Source: a virus
Taxonomy: Duplodnaviria > Caudoviricetes
IMG/VR virus record: IMGVR_UViG_3300009180_000046
Location: 1-60,918 of that record
DNA: 60,918 nucleotides
Strand: one strand, 5' to 3'
The position numbers and the translations under genes are program-made. This document shows, one piece after another, positions 44,501 through 53,748 of this stretch (position 1 is the first letter of the stretch; each line of letters opens with the position of its first letter). The notes beneath the pieces were generated by a model. The model saw nothing but the letters and a program-made list of their open reading frames with translations. It was not told where the DNA came from and did no database searches.

Positions 44501-47500
44501 CATTGAAGTCTAAATTAAAAGACTTAGAGAAGACAGATAAAGAAGCTAAGAGTTTTGCTGAGTCTGCTAAGAAAATTGTAACTGATTATGTTACTAAAAA
44601 TCTTAAAGGTGCAGTTGATGCTAAAGGATTAAAGAAGATTCTTGATGGGTTAAGTGGTTCATTATTGACTGCTGCGGACAGAGCTAAAGCTATTAGCAAA
44701 GTGATGGAAGTGGTTAATCAGTCTGAGAACGTAATAGCTATTGATAAACTCAAGTTGCTTAATGCTCAGATTAAATCTGAAGCAAGGGCTGCCAAGGCTG
44801 CAAAAAAGGAAGGTGTAAAAGAGACTAAGCAGCAACTTAATGAGAAGGCTGCTAAGAAAAAGCAAGTATTTGAAAGTGTTGTTGCTGAGGTTAAGGCTAT
44901 GCTTGGAAAAGCCAAAGTCTCTGCTAAAAATATTAAGACATTACTTACTGGATTAACAGCTAATTTAGAAAACGATACCATTCGTGAAAGAGTTTTAGAT
45001 AAAATTCGCAAAGTTCTTGCTAAAGCGGATTACTTGGAGACTTTAGCTAAAGCACAAGAAACTAGAAAGTCTGTTGCCAAACTTAAGAAGGCAGATAACA
45101 TTATTATATCATTAAAGAATGCGGCTAATGCTTTCTTGAAACTTAACCCTGAGTTAGTAGAAGATATTGATGAATACCAAAAGGTAGCTGATCAATTAAA
45201 GGCTGCCTTAGTTGCTCCAGTAATTACAGAAAAACAATTACAAGAATTTGATAAACTTGAGCAACAAACAGGTGAACAACCCAAGTTAACTAGATCAAAT
45301 AAAAAGACCACAGAAAAATACGAAGTCCTTAAATCTAAGATACCGGCTACACTAAGTTATGTGAAAGCATATGCTCAAGAGCAACAAAAACTTCAAGATG
45401 AAATCTTAAAGGAAATGAAGCTTGCGGAATACCAAGACTTAGTTGACGAGGGTAAGATTAATAAAGATATGTCTTTGAAAGAAATTCAAAAGTATATCAA
45501 TGATATTGTTACAGATGAGCAGAAAGCTGAGAAGGCTGATGATAGAAAACAATTTGCAATAGAATATGTTCAAAAATCTTTTGACAATTTTAGAAACCAT
45601 GCAAGATTTATCTTAGATGGCTTTGCTCCTTTTGCTGGTCAAATTATTAAAACTTCTGACACTATTACTGGATTAGATAAGTTAGCTACAAATACAAAAA
45701 AAGTAGTAGATGAATTCTTAACTATTGATATATCTAAAGTTAAAGACATAAAGACTATGTTTGAAATGCAAGATGCATTAGCAAACTTTATTGTCAATGG
45801 TACTACAGATAGAATGGAAGCATTGTATGCCAGATATGAGGCAAATAAGGACGCTAAAGAGTTGTATGATTCAGGCAAAAGACTTCAGAATTTTAGGGCA
45901 ATATTTGGAGGCACAAATGCAGGTTCTTTAATGTGGGCTAAAAACATTACTCAAATAGATCAGCTATTTAGATGGGTAGGACGTGGTGCTGCTTTAGGTG
46001 ATTTAGTTAAGAAGTTATCAGGAATTACTGATTTTGAAAATCAGCAATCTCAAGCACAAGATAAGGTTAACGAAGTTAAAAAAGCATACTCTGATAAGTT
46101 TTTAAAAACTAAACCTAATGGCAAAAAGTTTTTAACTAAGGAGAATGTAAACGAAAGAGGTGTTTATGCAAGGCTTCTTCGTACTGTAGTTGGAGATTCA
46201 GATCAACAACAAAAAGAATTTGATAGAATGAAAAAACAAATTGATCAAACAATCAAGTTTCTTCTTCAGTCAAATGAAAAAGACTTTGTTAAAGAAGGCA
46301 AGGCTTATCAAAAGGTTTATGATAAAGTAAAGAATGCAAAAAACATACAGGAAGTACAGGCTATAATTGACCCAATAAATCAGCAAGCAGTCGAATTTAT
46401 TGCAGATGAATTTTCTTCACTATATCCTGAAATTAAAAATGTTGCTAGAAATGTTTACAATCTTGAATTAGAAGACGATTTATTCTACACACCTATATCA
46501 TATGCCGCAGTATCTGACAAAGGACGTCCGGGTACAGCAGGCAGAGGTACTTTTGGTTTTGGTCAAAACATATTAAGTACAGAAGCTAGTGGATCATTAC
46601 AAAAAGCTACAAGACCAGATGATTTACCAGGATATATTCCTGCAAAGAATGGTAAAGTAGAAGACTTTAGTGAAGTAGAAAGAGTTTTGGATTTGAATTT
46701 TGACACGACTGTATTTAATACAATGGAAAAGACATTGGCTGACACTTATACAGCCAAATCAGTGTCGAAGTGGGATGCATTTTCTAGTTCTAATGACTTC
46801 AAGAAAATGTTTCAATCGAATGCCGACTACGATGCCTTTGTTTCTGCTGTAGATTTTTATGTTAATAATTCGAGAGGGCGTGTCTTCAATAAGAGTACAC
46901 TTAAATTTGCTGTTGATGTATCAAATGCTCTGAAAACATATGCGGCAACTAGAGCCTTGGGATCTATTTGGGCATTTCCTAAGCAAGCTATTACTGCGTT
47001 ATTTAATACAGGTGTACAGTTAATTAATAATCCATCTGCATTTATGTCTGGTTTAGCAACGATGCGTAATGAAAAGGCAAACGAATTATTAGAAAAATCT
47101 GGACGCTCCATTAAATTACGTGGGTTAGAATCTACATCTGATTTAAAAGGAGAAGATGATTTAAAGATGAACTCCTTATTTGAAACAGCTACAAAACCAT
47201 CTCAGTTTATGGGTAAGTTTTGGATGAAAACATTCATGGGAGCTGGTGATAAGTACCCAGCAAGGGCGTCTTGGTGGGCATATTACTTCAATAAAATGGG
47301 TAATTTGGATAAAGATTTTAATGCAGGAGATATTGATTGGAATACTTATAAACTAAATGATGAGGCTGCTGATTATGCGAATACTCAAGTAAATATTGCC
47401 CAAAATGCTAGTGCACCTAATCAATTAGGCCAATTATTTACAAGTAAGGATCCGGTTAAGACTATAATTAGATCAATGGTTATACCATATGCTAGTTTTA

Positions 47501-48183
47501 TTTTCAATGCTAAAGATCGTATGAGACAAGACTTAACAGTTCTTACCTCTAAGAACTCTACTACTGAAGATAAATATGCTGCATCTAGATCATTTGCTGC
47601 AACTATGGGTGAAATGGTTATGTATCAGGGATTAGCATCTATGGGTAATTATGCATTAACCGAGTTAGCGGGCAAAGCAGCAGGCTTATTAAAAGACGAT
47701 GAAGAGGAAGCACAAAAGAAAATAGATATGTATCTTAAGTCTGCTTTAACACAGACAATTACTGATGTTGCTTCGCCTATACCCAACTTAGGTGATGTGG
47801 TTACTATTGCTACGGTAAACTGGCTTGCAGATATAGCTTCAGATGATGAAGAAGAAGATGCAGAAGGTAAGAAAAGTAATTACGGTTTATTATTTGAACA
47901 ACGTCCAGAGTCAATGATTGGTGCAATGACTAAGTTATTAGCATCTCCAATATCATCTATTGGAACAAGTGTTTATAGTATATATGATACATACGATAGA
48001 GCATACTCAGATGAATATAAAAATGCTAGAGGGCAGGTAATAGAGTTTACTCCTGAGCAAAGGGAGACCATGAAAGCTGTGTTAGCATTACAGGTTGCGA
48101 CAGCCTTGAATCTATTGCCGTCTGACGTTGATTCGTTCAACAGAAAAGTAATAAAGGCTATAGAAAAACAAGCTAAAGAGTAA
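41506..48183 (+). CDS. giant internal virion/ejection protein
   Basis: 2225 aa, helical, last gene of the structural module. Confidence 0.7.
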   Translation: MDNGKSLYKQLSSDKLYTKSYDDFVKQYGNPEGQKELFNKLSSDDLYTKSEEEFVSQYWSPLKKKEPTVSNSTLPAAPSTLGSKDLGKKLILESASKGTKEKKPKPGESEGLLLKDPSKFNINYFDPSKKDWQGQLYEDVKIEDLSKSVTTSANDLAKMSKDYKAKQDALNKEIESLNGLIQTGSISPQEAAQAQSELKKQQDLTTFESVKISELARRTEADQARLNKNVGVLAYEKAHEGSFGGAAWNSIVDSIKGIVSAYDTIGNEIFTENLALFQGIGALASSKSAKDWEKEALKKNLSKAQKDRRERVFEEIKSSTTKEYAARISKESDWAAAALGVTGSVVPMFTGSMFTSTFGSAKEALDDMEGSENMTEGEKVIYATSVGLVARKLENLGLKGIQAAVKGTAGPVAKFASWVFRSVPKNAPISIIEKKVAELAATTAGQKILQLADTKVGKAAVGLGESIVSEGYTGGSQKAAEMGIQELVDSANGLDVFKNPELTSAAAAEAIVQDAKLEAMGSVLMFGVGYGAKTLLQASTSGKLSDKQYADYKAMLSSPELYQAKISEISKRISNEQITVEEGQVEVDEINKARDIIKQIPENLSENSQKKAFLLISENNKVQEEIDQLSKEIADKNPQLVTGVTEQINKKQEVINNNNQKLLALPQNAVQEQTTSEVPVQPETGVSGEVAKGEPQSENQVPIEEGKGQEVEIKNEGKAESPTTENVEVRLRINNPFYQKVSDALDKLGIIKKFNPETREGDIIGGVQQPMKNGGIASGDMYFKPDGSISYIKDGYIVEFDKNGNVISHNKTEVEENNKKLKTQAVKETIESLKKQRDSEDFKYKEVSETSDVFGNRKKTKRLKTAEELKESTDKINAAISKAEEELYQLEPQASIEEVSPTEEVNKEKELRDTTINKVVDEVKEQQRIYPKRSLLKHLESGINSLQKSDAYVNADDITREQMVRDVRKALGVKETRVKSKVLAAKPASKTTVVNDAEALKSKLKDLEKTDKEAKSFAESAKKIVTDYVTKNLKGAVDAKGLKKILDGLSGSLLTAADRAKAISKVMEVVNQSENVIAIDKLKLLNAQIKSEARAAKAAKKEGVKETKQQLNEKAAKKKQVFESVVAEVKAMLGKAKVSAKNIKTLLTGLTANLENDTIRERVLDKIRKVLAKADYLETLAKAQETRKSVAKLKKADNIIISLKNAANAFLKLNPELVEDIDEYQKVADQLKAALVAPVITEKQLQEFDKLEQQTGEQPKLTRSNKKTTEKYEVLKSKIPATLSYVKAYAQEQQKLQDEILKEMKLAEYQDLVDEGKINKDMSLKEIQKYINDIVTDEQKAEKADDRKQFAIEYVQKSFDNFRNHARFILDGFAPFAGQIIKTSDTITGLDKLATNTKKVVDEFLTIDISKVKDIKTMFEMQDALANFIVNGTTDRMEALYARYEANKDAKELYDSGKRLQNFRAIFGGTNAGSLMWAKNITQIDQLFRWVGRGAALGDLVKKLSGITDFENQQSQAQDKVNEVKKAYSDKFLKTKPNGKKFLTKENVNERGVYARLLRTVVGDSDQQQKEFDRMKKQIDQTIKFLLQSNEKDFVKEGKAYQKVYDKVKNAKNIQEVQAIIDPINQQAVEFIADEFSSLYPEIKNVARNVYNLELEDDLFYTPISYAAVSDKGRPGTAGRGTFGFGQNILSTEASGSLQKATRPDDLPGYIPAKNGKVEDFSEVERVLDLNFDTTVFNTMEKTLADTYTAKSVSKWDAFSSSNDFKKMFQSNADYDAFVSAVDFYVNNSRGRVFNKSTLKFAVDVSNALKTYAATRALGSIWAFPKQAITALFNTGVQLINNPSAFMSGLATMRNEKANELLEKSGRSIKLRGLESTSDLKGEDDLKMNSLFETATKPSQFMGKFWMKTFMGAGDKYPARASWWAYYFNKMGNLDKDFNAGDIDWNTYKLNDEAADYANTQVNIAQNASAPNQLGQLFTSKDPVKTIIRSMVIPYASFIFNAKDRMRQDLTVLTSKNSTTEDKYAASRSFAATMGEMVMYQGLASMGNYALTELAGKAAGLLKDDEEEAQKKIDMYLKSALTQTITDVASPIPNLGDVVTIATVNWLADIASDDEEEDAEGKKSNYGLLFEQRPESMIGAMTKLLASPISSIGTSVYSIYDTYDRAYSDEYKNARGQVIEFTPEQRETMKAVLALQVATALNLLPSDVDSFNRKVIKAIEKQAKE
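43508..43639 (+). CDS. nested +1-frame micro-gene, MPFKS-type basic peptide (43 aa)
   Basis: MPFKSKQQVKYLYSQKPELAEKWRKENPNQKIKSLSKKVKGKK; A-rich leader cacaaaATG. Confidence 0.6.
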   Translation: MPFKSKQQVKYLYSQKPELAEKWRKENPNQKIKSLSKKVKGKK

Positions 48184-48184
48184 T

Positions 48185-48212
48185 AAAAATGGGGACCATG
48201 AGTCCCCTTTTT
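48185..48212. terminator. bidirectional intrinsic terminator at convergence of the two arms
   Basis: aaaaat-GGGGAC-catga-GTCCCC-tttttt. Confidence 0.85.
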
Positions 48213-48235
48213 AATTAATCACCTTATACGCAATT

Positions 48236-48589
48236 TTAATTTAAAAATCTTAGTTTGTAAAGTGTAGAGCTTATTAACTCCTGAGTATTGTCAACCATTT
48301 GTTGTAAGTAGCCGTCAGTTAGTGTAGAACGGTATCCGTCAAAAGCTGTCATTTTTTCTTTTAGATAAGATGCCATATCAACTCCTTCTTCTAATTTAAA
48401 AGACTTGTATCCTTTAATGATACCATACTTACCTTGGTAAGCCTCTACAAAAGCGTCAAACTGGTCAGCAATACCATCATATAATTCATTTAAAGCCTTA
48501 TGCTCCGAAAATGATGATGTCTGAAGGTGTGCAATGTGAGATATATTCTCAATCTCCATCAATGCACTAACGTATTCTTGAACTGTCAT
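48236..48589 (-). CDS. ferritin/Dps-like four-helix protein (DUF5856-like)
   Basis: HLQTSSFSEHKALNELYD...D.FVEAYQGKYG...TLYKLRFL; TAATTTTG at 48605-48612. Confidence 0.75.
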   Translation of the reverse strand: MTVQEYVSALMEIENISHIAHLQTSSFSEHKALNELYDGIADQFDAFVEAYQGKYGIIKGYKSFKLEEGVDMASYLKEKMTAFDGYRSTLTDGYLQQMVDNTQELISSTLYKLRFLN

Positions 48590-48612
48590 AACTTTATATT
48601 TTTGCAAAATTA

Positions 48613-49743
48613 CTAAAATATATTTACTAGTCTTGCAACCTGTCCATTCTCTTTGTGGTGGATAAATCCTTCAACCGCTTTAGGGCTATGGGCATAGCCA
48701 TTTCTATGGTGCCATGAATCGGTACCACTGGGAGATCGGAGAGACTCGACGCAAACGCCCATGTAATCTTTAGAAGACTTGTGGTGCACGTGGTGAGTAT
48801 ATACATAACGGTGTTTAGAGTCTGCCCACTCTTTGCTTGCTTCATGAGCCATTAATAAAGGTAAATCTTGAGTCTTCGCACCATCGCCATGCGTAGTCCC
48901 AATTAAATTGTTTCCGTATTTTGTATACTTTCTGTGTGCGATTGAACAGTCGAATGTAATGTTTGAGTTATTATGAAACCAAGACTCGATAGCATCTGCT
49001 AAAAAGAATCCGTTGGTGTAGTCGTGGTTAGATGGGTTGAACACAAAGTGAACGTCAGCAATACCAATCAACATCTCGATGACCTCGATATATAGCTTCT
49101 TAGCGATTCTAAAGTTATCGTACCACATTCCATCTGTATCTTGTGGAGTACCTGCCGTAGTCGTACGCTTTGGCGTGTCTATGTGAAGGATGTCATTGCC
49201 ACCTACAAAAAGAATCTTGTCGATATTAAAACCTGATGCTTTCTGAATAATTCCACGTACGCCATCAAGTACACGCTGAACAGCAATCTGATTATTATAA
49301 TCATCTCCTGTCTCAAAAGAGGAGGCTAACTTACCAATGTGAATGTCAGCTGGGTCAACCACAAGAAGGTGGCCATCAATGATATTACTGCGATCTAATT
49401 TTGGATATACGGGTGCATGATTTTGCATCTCAGCCACGATATCTGCTCGCATGTCATGGTAGGTCTCGACTGGGTCTTTCTTGTCAACCTTGACAAAGAT
49501 AGAGTGCTTGTCGGTCTTCAACCAGTAATGGGACACTTCCCCGGTTGGGGCTCCCTGCTCTTCACACTCACTATTTAAACTGCGGTGCTCAAACTTTAAA
49601 ATGTGGGCTGATATTCTTTTACGTAATGTCTCGACATTTCTGTCTTCCATTCCATAATGTTCTTGAACCTTTTTAGCAATGTCTGCTTTATTAAGGTCTC
49701 CTTGCTGGTGTAATTCTAGTGCGTATTCTAGGTAAGGTTTCAT
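48613..49743 (-). CDS. calcineurin-like metallophosphoesterase with N-terminal HTH-like region
   Basis: DIHIGK, GNDILH, SNHD, HGD, HHVHH motifs. Confidence 0.8.
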   Translation of the reverse strand: MKPYLEYALELHQQGDLNKADIAKKVQEHYGMEDRNVETLRKRISAHILKFEHRSLNSECEEQGAPTGEVSHYWLKTDKHSIFVKVDKKDPVETYHDMRADIVAEMQNHAPVYPKLDRSNIIDGHLLVVDPADIHIGKLASSFETGDDYNNQIAVQRVLDGVRGIIQKASGFNIDKILFVGGNDILHIDTPKRTTTAGTPQDTDGMWYDNFRIAKKLYIEVIEMLIGIADVHFVFNPSNHDYTNGFFLADAIESWFHNNSNITFDCSIAHRKYTKYGNNLIGTTHGDGAKTQDLPLLMAHEASKEWADSKHRYVYTHHVHHKSSKDYMGVCVESLRSPSGTDSWHHRNGYAHSPKAVEGFIHHKENGQVARLVNIF

Positions 49744-49891
49744 CACGTAGTTGATTTAATTTTTCGATTAGAATGTAAATAGAATCCTGAAGGTCTTCGT
49801 ACTCCTTGTCTATAAGAGCCTCGTATATCTCGTCTGTCATCTTATTGATGAAGCGAATAGTAGTATTTGTATAGTCAATATGTTCTTTCAT
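49691..49891 (-). CDS. hypothetical protein
   Basis: MKEHIDYTNTTIRFINKMTDEIYEALIDKEY... Confidence 0.6.
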   Translation of the reverse strand: MKEHIDYTNTTIRFINKMTDEIYEALIDKEYEDLQDSIYILIEKLNQLRDETLPRIRTRITPARRP

Positions 49892-50009
49892 AAACAAAAA
49901 AAAGAGGAAGTGTAAAACGATAAACACCTCCCCTTTCAAAAAATTATCACTTTAACCTTTGTAAATTTAGTTAAATATCTAATTACTTGTATATTTTATA
50001 GAAAAAACT

Positions 50010-51773
50010 TTATCCATCACATGAAACGCAGTCTGGATCGGTTGCACGTGTAGCAATGTCAGCACGCAAAACAGACTCAGTACGCATGTAGTATAATGTC
50101 TTAATGCGTTGTCTCCATGCCTCCATGTGCACCTGGTTTATCCACTTAGGTGTAGCCTGAGATGGGAATGCTAGGTTCAAAGAAACAGATTGGTCGATGT
50201 ACTGCTGACGAATACCTGCCTGCTTAATTAATTCTAATTGGTTTATCTCCTTAAATGTTTTAAATACATCTTTAACCGGAATGTGGTCATCTCCCTCAGG
50301 ATTCTCTGCCAATTTACCGTTCACATAGAACCAAGTATCTAGCTCAGGAATATCTTGAATTGATCCACCATCAGCAAGAATCTTATCCCATATCTCCTTA
50401 GTATTAATACCAATCTTCTTTAACACCTTCTCAAGTTCTTTGTTCTTGCGGATGAATGTACCCTTAGCTGATTGGTCTGTGAATACATTGGCCGCCCATG
50501 GCTCAACCCCAGCTGACACATTACCACTCAACTTAGAGTTAGACACCGTTGGTGCAATGGCACGAAGGTGGGTGTTACGCATACCTGTCTCCACGCACCA
50601 TAATGGCTCACCATATTCCTCAGCCATGTCACGTGATGCACGCTCAGACTCAATCTTAATCTGAGAGAATATCTTACGTGTCTCAAACTGAGCAAGAAGT
50701 CCTTCGAATGGAATACCTTTCTGTTGTAAGTATGTATGCCACCCTAGTACACCTAGTCCAATAGCACGACCTTTCTCAGCAAAGCGAACAACATTCTCAA
50801 AGCCCTTCATATTCTTGGCCTTCTGAATAAACTCTTCAAGCACGCCATCTAAGAACCAAGTAGCGATATAGATTAAGTCTGTGTCCTTCCACTCATCATA
50901 CCTAGCAAGGTTGACAGATGACAGGCAACAAACAAAACTATGGTTTTCATCTGTATGCAATACAATCTCAGAGCAGATATTGGTCATATAAACCTTTAAA
51001 CTATTCTTCTTGTATGCCTCAGGGTTCTGCTTATTAACATTACCTTTAAATAAAATGTATGGCTCGCCAGTAGCCTTACGCTTCTGTAGTAACTTACCCC
51101 ACTTACGTCGAGCATCTACATCACCATCCTCTAGCTTACGCATAAACTTATCACCCACCACAGCACATTGGTGTAGGTTCATACATTGGCGATTCACATC
51201 ACCCTTAGGCTCACGAATCTCCAACCAATCCTCAAAGTCTTTGTGCTCAATGTTAATGTTACTAGATGCCGCACCACGACGAACATTGCCTTGTGATGTA
51301 GCAAGAATAGTGGAGTCAAAGATTTTAGTGAATGGGATGACACCATCTGATGTTCCGTTCTTAGCTATCTTTGATCCTGCAGGACGTATGCGATTAAAGC
51401 CTACGCCTACACCACCCCCATGCTTGGCAAGTAGCATCATCTCTAAGTTCTTAGTACCAATATCAAACACTGAGTCAGCTATGTCAATGCCATAGCAAGA
51501 GATGGGTAGACCACGATCGGTGCCTGTATTAGATAACACAGGTGTGGCTAAGTTTAACCATCCATTCCAAATATATTGGAAGAACTTGTCTGCCATCTCA
51601 GGCTTACCAAGTCTGTCGGCCACAGAGTTTGCTACCCTATGGTATGCGTTGATAGGCTTTTCGCCTTTTAATAAGTATCCTCCGGATATTGTCTTTACGT
51701 ATTCGGGTGAGTTACCCCAAGCTGGGAAGTCTACATCTAGTTCCCATCCTAGGTTCTCTGCGTGATTAATCAT
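50010..51773 (-). CDS. nrdA: ribonucleotide reductase class I alpha subunit (no ATP-cone)
   Basis: ATPVLSN, ISC, GGGVG, QGNVRRGA, TNICSEI, IAPT, IDQSVSLN, TLYY, C-terminal CVSC. Confidence 0.95.
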   Translation of the reverse strand: MINHAENLGWELDVDFPAWGNSPEYVKTISGGYLLKGEKPINAYHRVANSVADRLGKPEMADKFFQYIWNGWLNLATPVLSNTGTDRGLPISCYGIDIADSVFDIGTKNLEMMLLAKHGGGVGVGFNRIRPAGSKIAKNGTSDGVIPFTKIFDSTILATSQGNVRRGAASSNINIEHKDFEDWLEIREPKGDVNRQCMNLHQCAVVGDKFMRKLEDGDVDARRKWGKLLQKRKATGEPYILFKGNVNKQNPEAYKKNSLKVYMTNICSEIVLHTDENHSFVCCLSSVNLARYDEWKDTDLIYIATWFLDGVLEEFIQKAKNMKGFENVVRFAEKGRAIGLGVLGWHTYLQQKGIPFEGLLAQFETRKIFSQIKIESERASRDMAEEYGEPLWCVETGMRNTHLRAIAPTVSNSKLSGNVSAGVEPWAANVFTDQSAKGTFIRKNKELEKVLKKIGINTKEIWDKILADGGSIQDIPELDTWFYVNGKLAENPEGDDHIPVKDVFKTFKEINQLELIKQAGIRQQYIDQSVSLNLAFPSQATPKWINQVHMEAWRQRIKTLYYMRTESVLRADIATRATDPDCVSCDG

Positions 51774-51903
51774 TTTCTAAAGATTTAATTAGTTCAAGTA
51801 AAAATTCTATCATTTGCACAGCACTATCTGAGCTACTGGCATCTATTGAAGCGGTTGACTTATCAGGCAACACTATCTCAATCTTTATTGGGGAATTTGG
51901 CAT
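51766..51903 (-). CDS. hypothetical peptide (45 aa)
   Basis: Manual translation MPNSPIKIEIVLPDKSTASIDASSSDSAVQMIEFLLELIKSLEND; overlaps nrdA start. Confidence 0.45.
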   Translation of the reverse strand: MPNSPIKIEIVLPDKSTASIDASSSDSAVQMIEFLLELIKSLEND

Positions 51904-52156
51904 AGCTAAATGATGTTAAAAAGGTTGTTAAAGGTTCTAATTCATCAAAGTAGAAATCATCATCAAATAGATACACCTGCCATCTACTAATTTTTGCTTC
52001 ATCATCAGCGTTAGTTATTAGCGTTGTGTGTTTGGATACTACATACACGTAGTAATAGAAATCGTGCTCATGTCCCGACTCATGTTTAGAGATAAGGACT
52101 TTCTCAAAACCCAAGTCTATTAGGTCTTGTTCATGGATTGGATGGTGTTTGATCAT
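51878..52156 (-). CDS. hypothetical protein inserted between nrdB and nrdA
   Basis: EQDLIDLGFEK...DFYYY...LITNADDE. Confidence 0.7.
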   Translation of the reverse strand: MIKHHPIHEQDLIDLGFEKVLISKHESGHEHDFYYYVYVVSKHTTLITNADDEAKISRWQVYLFDDDFYFDELEPLTTFLTSFSYAKFPNKD

Positions 52157-52179
52157 CGTTTTATTTAATTTAGTTAAAG

Positions 52180-53172
52180 TTAAAATACATCACTCCAGTC
52201 TTCGCCTTCATTGGCTTTACTGTATGCTGTTGGTCTTGTTGCAAAGAAATCAGAATGCTCAACGCCTGCTGTTAATTGGTAGAACCAATCTAATTGTTCG
52301 GCAGCCCCAGGGTCGTAAGCAAATACGGCATCATAGCCTAGCTCCACTAACTTATCATTGATGCGTTTGTGCATAAAATGTTTAAGGTCGTAAGCCTTTA
52401 GATTATCTAAGTCTCCTCTCTCAAAAATCTTGTCGATGAATTTCATCTCCATATCAAGAGTTAACTTAGCCGCCTCTAAAATAGCATCCTTTGCATCCGT
52501 CTTTAGTTCAGGGAACTCCTCACACATGTGTCGGAACAATTGACATCCCATCTTAGAATGTAGAGCCTCATCTCTTACAGACCACTTCATCTGTTGCCCA
52601 ACACCTTTTAGCTTGTTGTTCAATTGGAAAGAGTATAGCACAGCAAATGAGCTGTACAAGGCTACACCTTCAGTAAACGCTGAGAAGATTGCAAGTGATC
52701 GAGCCACATCTCTACGAGCCGGTGCACTAGTGCAAAGTATCTTATAGTTATAATGGTGTGGTACAGATGTCAACGCATCAATACGCCCAGCAATAGCAGG
52801 CTCATGCATGAACCCCTCGTAGTCATCAAGACCAAGAGTATCGTTCAAGTAAGAGTAAGCCGTTGCGTGAACAGTCTCTTGAGCCCCAAACAACATAGCC
52901 ATCTGAATGATTTCATACTTAGGAAACCAATCAGTGACCATGCCTGTCCAATAGTCGGACACAGCACATTCTGTCTGAGCAAAGCCAAGTAGGATATTAC
53001 CTACCACGTGCTTCTCATCATCTGTTAGATTCTCATTCCAATCCTTTACATCGGATGACATGGGAATCTCTGTATGTAACCAAAACGCCTGAGCTTGTTT
53101 AAGCCAACCTTCTGTGTAGTATTCAGGGTATTCAAAAGGTTTGTATGCAATTCTTTTTTCAAATAAGCTCAT
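52180..53172 (-). CDS. nrdB: ribonucleotide reductase class I beta subunit
   Basis: YKPFEYP, FW...E, E.VH..AY, EGV.LYSSF, RDE.LH, DFF..R.T.Y. Confidence 0.95.
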   Translation of the reverse strand: MSLFEKRIAYKPFEYPEYYTEGWLKQAQAFWLHTEIPMSSDVKDWNENLTDDEKHVVGNILLGFAQTECAVSDYWTGMVTDWFPKYEIIQMAMLFGAQETVHATAYSYLNDTLGLDDYEGFMHEPAIAGRIDALTSVPHHYNYKILCTSAPARRDVARSLAIFSAFTEGVALYSSFAVLYSFQLNNKLKGVGQQMKWSVRDEALHSKMGCQLFRHMCEEFPELKTDAKDAILEAAKLTLDMEMKFIDKIFERGDLDNLKAYDLKHFMHKRINDKLVELGYDAVFAYDPGAAEQLDWFYQLTAGVEHSDFFATRPTAYSKANEGEDWSDVF

Positions 53173-53551
53173 AAGATGCGATAAATCGTTTTATTGTTTT
53201 GTCTTTAATAATTTGATTGCCAGCTAGTACCTCGTCTAAAAATTCGTCGATGTCTATCTGCTCTAGTAACTCAACAGCTACCATATCTTCAGGAGGTTTA
53301 TCATCAAATGTTATTTCTCCTTTAGAAGCTAAGAACCTAAAATACTTTGGCTCATTACCTACCACGTTAAAGACGATACTTCTATCATCATTTTCGTTTA
53401 TTTCGTTTGAGAAGTACACCAATGCATCAGTTACCTGATCAAAAGTATCTTCCTTCATCGAGTTTATCCACCCAAAAAGACTCTTCGGTACTGCTACCAT
53501 CTGTCTCTCCTCGAAATACTTCGACTCTAAAGCCATGTTTTCTAAGTTCAT
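53159..53551 (-). CDS. acidic hypothetical protein
   Basis: 130-aa ORF overlapping nrdB start. Confidence 0.6.
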   Translation of the reverse strand: MNLENMALESKYFEERQMVAVPKSLFGWINSMKEDTFDQVTDALVYFSNEINENDDRSIVFNVVGNEPKYFRFLASKGEITFDDKPPEDMVAVELLEQIDIDEFLDEVLAGNQIIKDKTIKRFIASYELI

Positions 53552-53744
53552 CTAGTCTAAATTTTTGTAAGTCTGATACTTTTCCTGTTGGTGTTTTAAC
53601 CTCACTAAACAATACTCCTTTCTTCGGATGCAAAGCTATTAAATCTGGGATACCGTTCTTGTTAGTTTTAATTAACTTCAAGACATAGTACCCTTCTTTC
53701 TCTAGTTGCTTAATTCGTTTGGATTGTATTTGTTGTTCTGACAT
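53439..53744 (-). CDS. VRR-NUC nuclease
   Basis: SEQQIQ...GIPDL...FSEVK...GKVS.LQ. Confidence 0.85.
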   Translation of the reverse strand: MSEQQIQSKRIKQLEKEGYYVLKLIKTNKNGIPDLIALHPKKGVLFSEVKTPTGKVSDLQKFRLDELRKHGFRVEVFRGETDGSSTEESFWVDKLDEGRYF

Positions 53745-53748
53745 GGGG

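Noticed and set aside
41506-48183. Virion RNA polymerase as in crAss-like or N4 phages
   Set aside because: No DxDxD/DFDGD-type catalytic motif recognised; a structure prediction would be needed to exclude it fully.
49896-49970. Imperfect hairpin with minus-strand U-tract downstream of nrdA as a small RNA or attenuator
   Set aside because: Most simply a weak terminator for nrdA; stem is imperfect and there is no further support.
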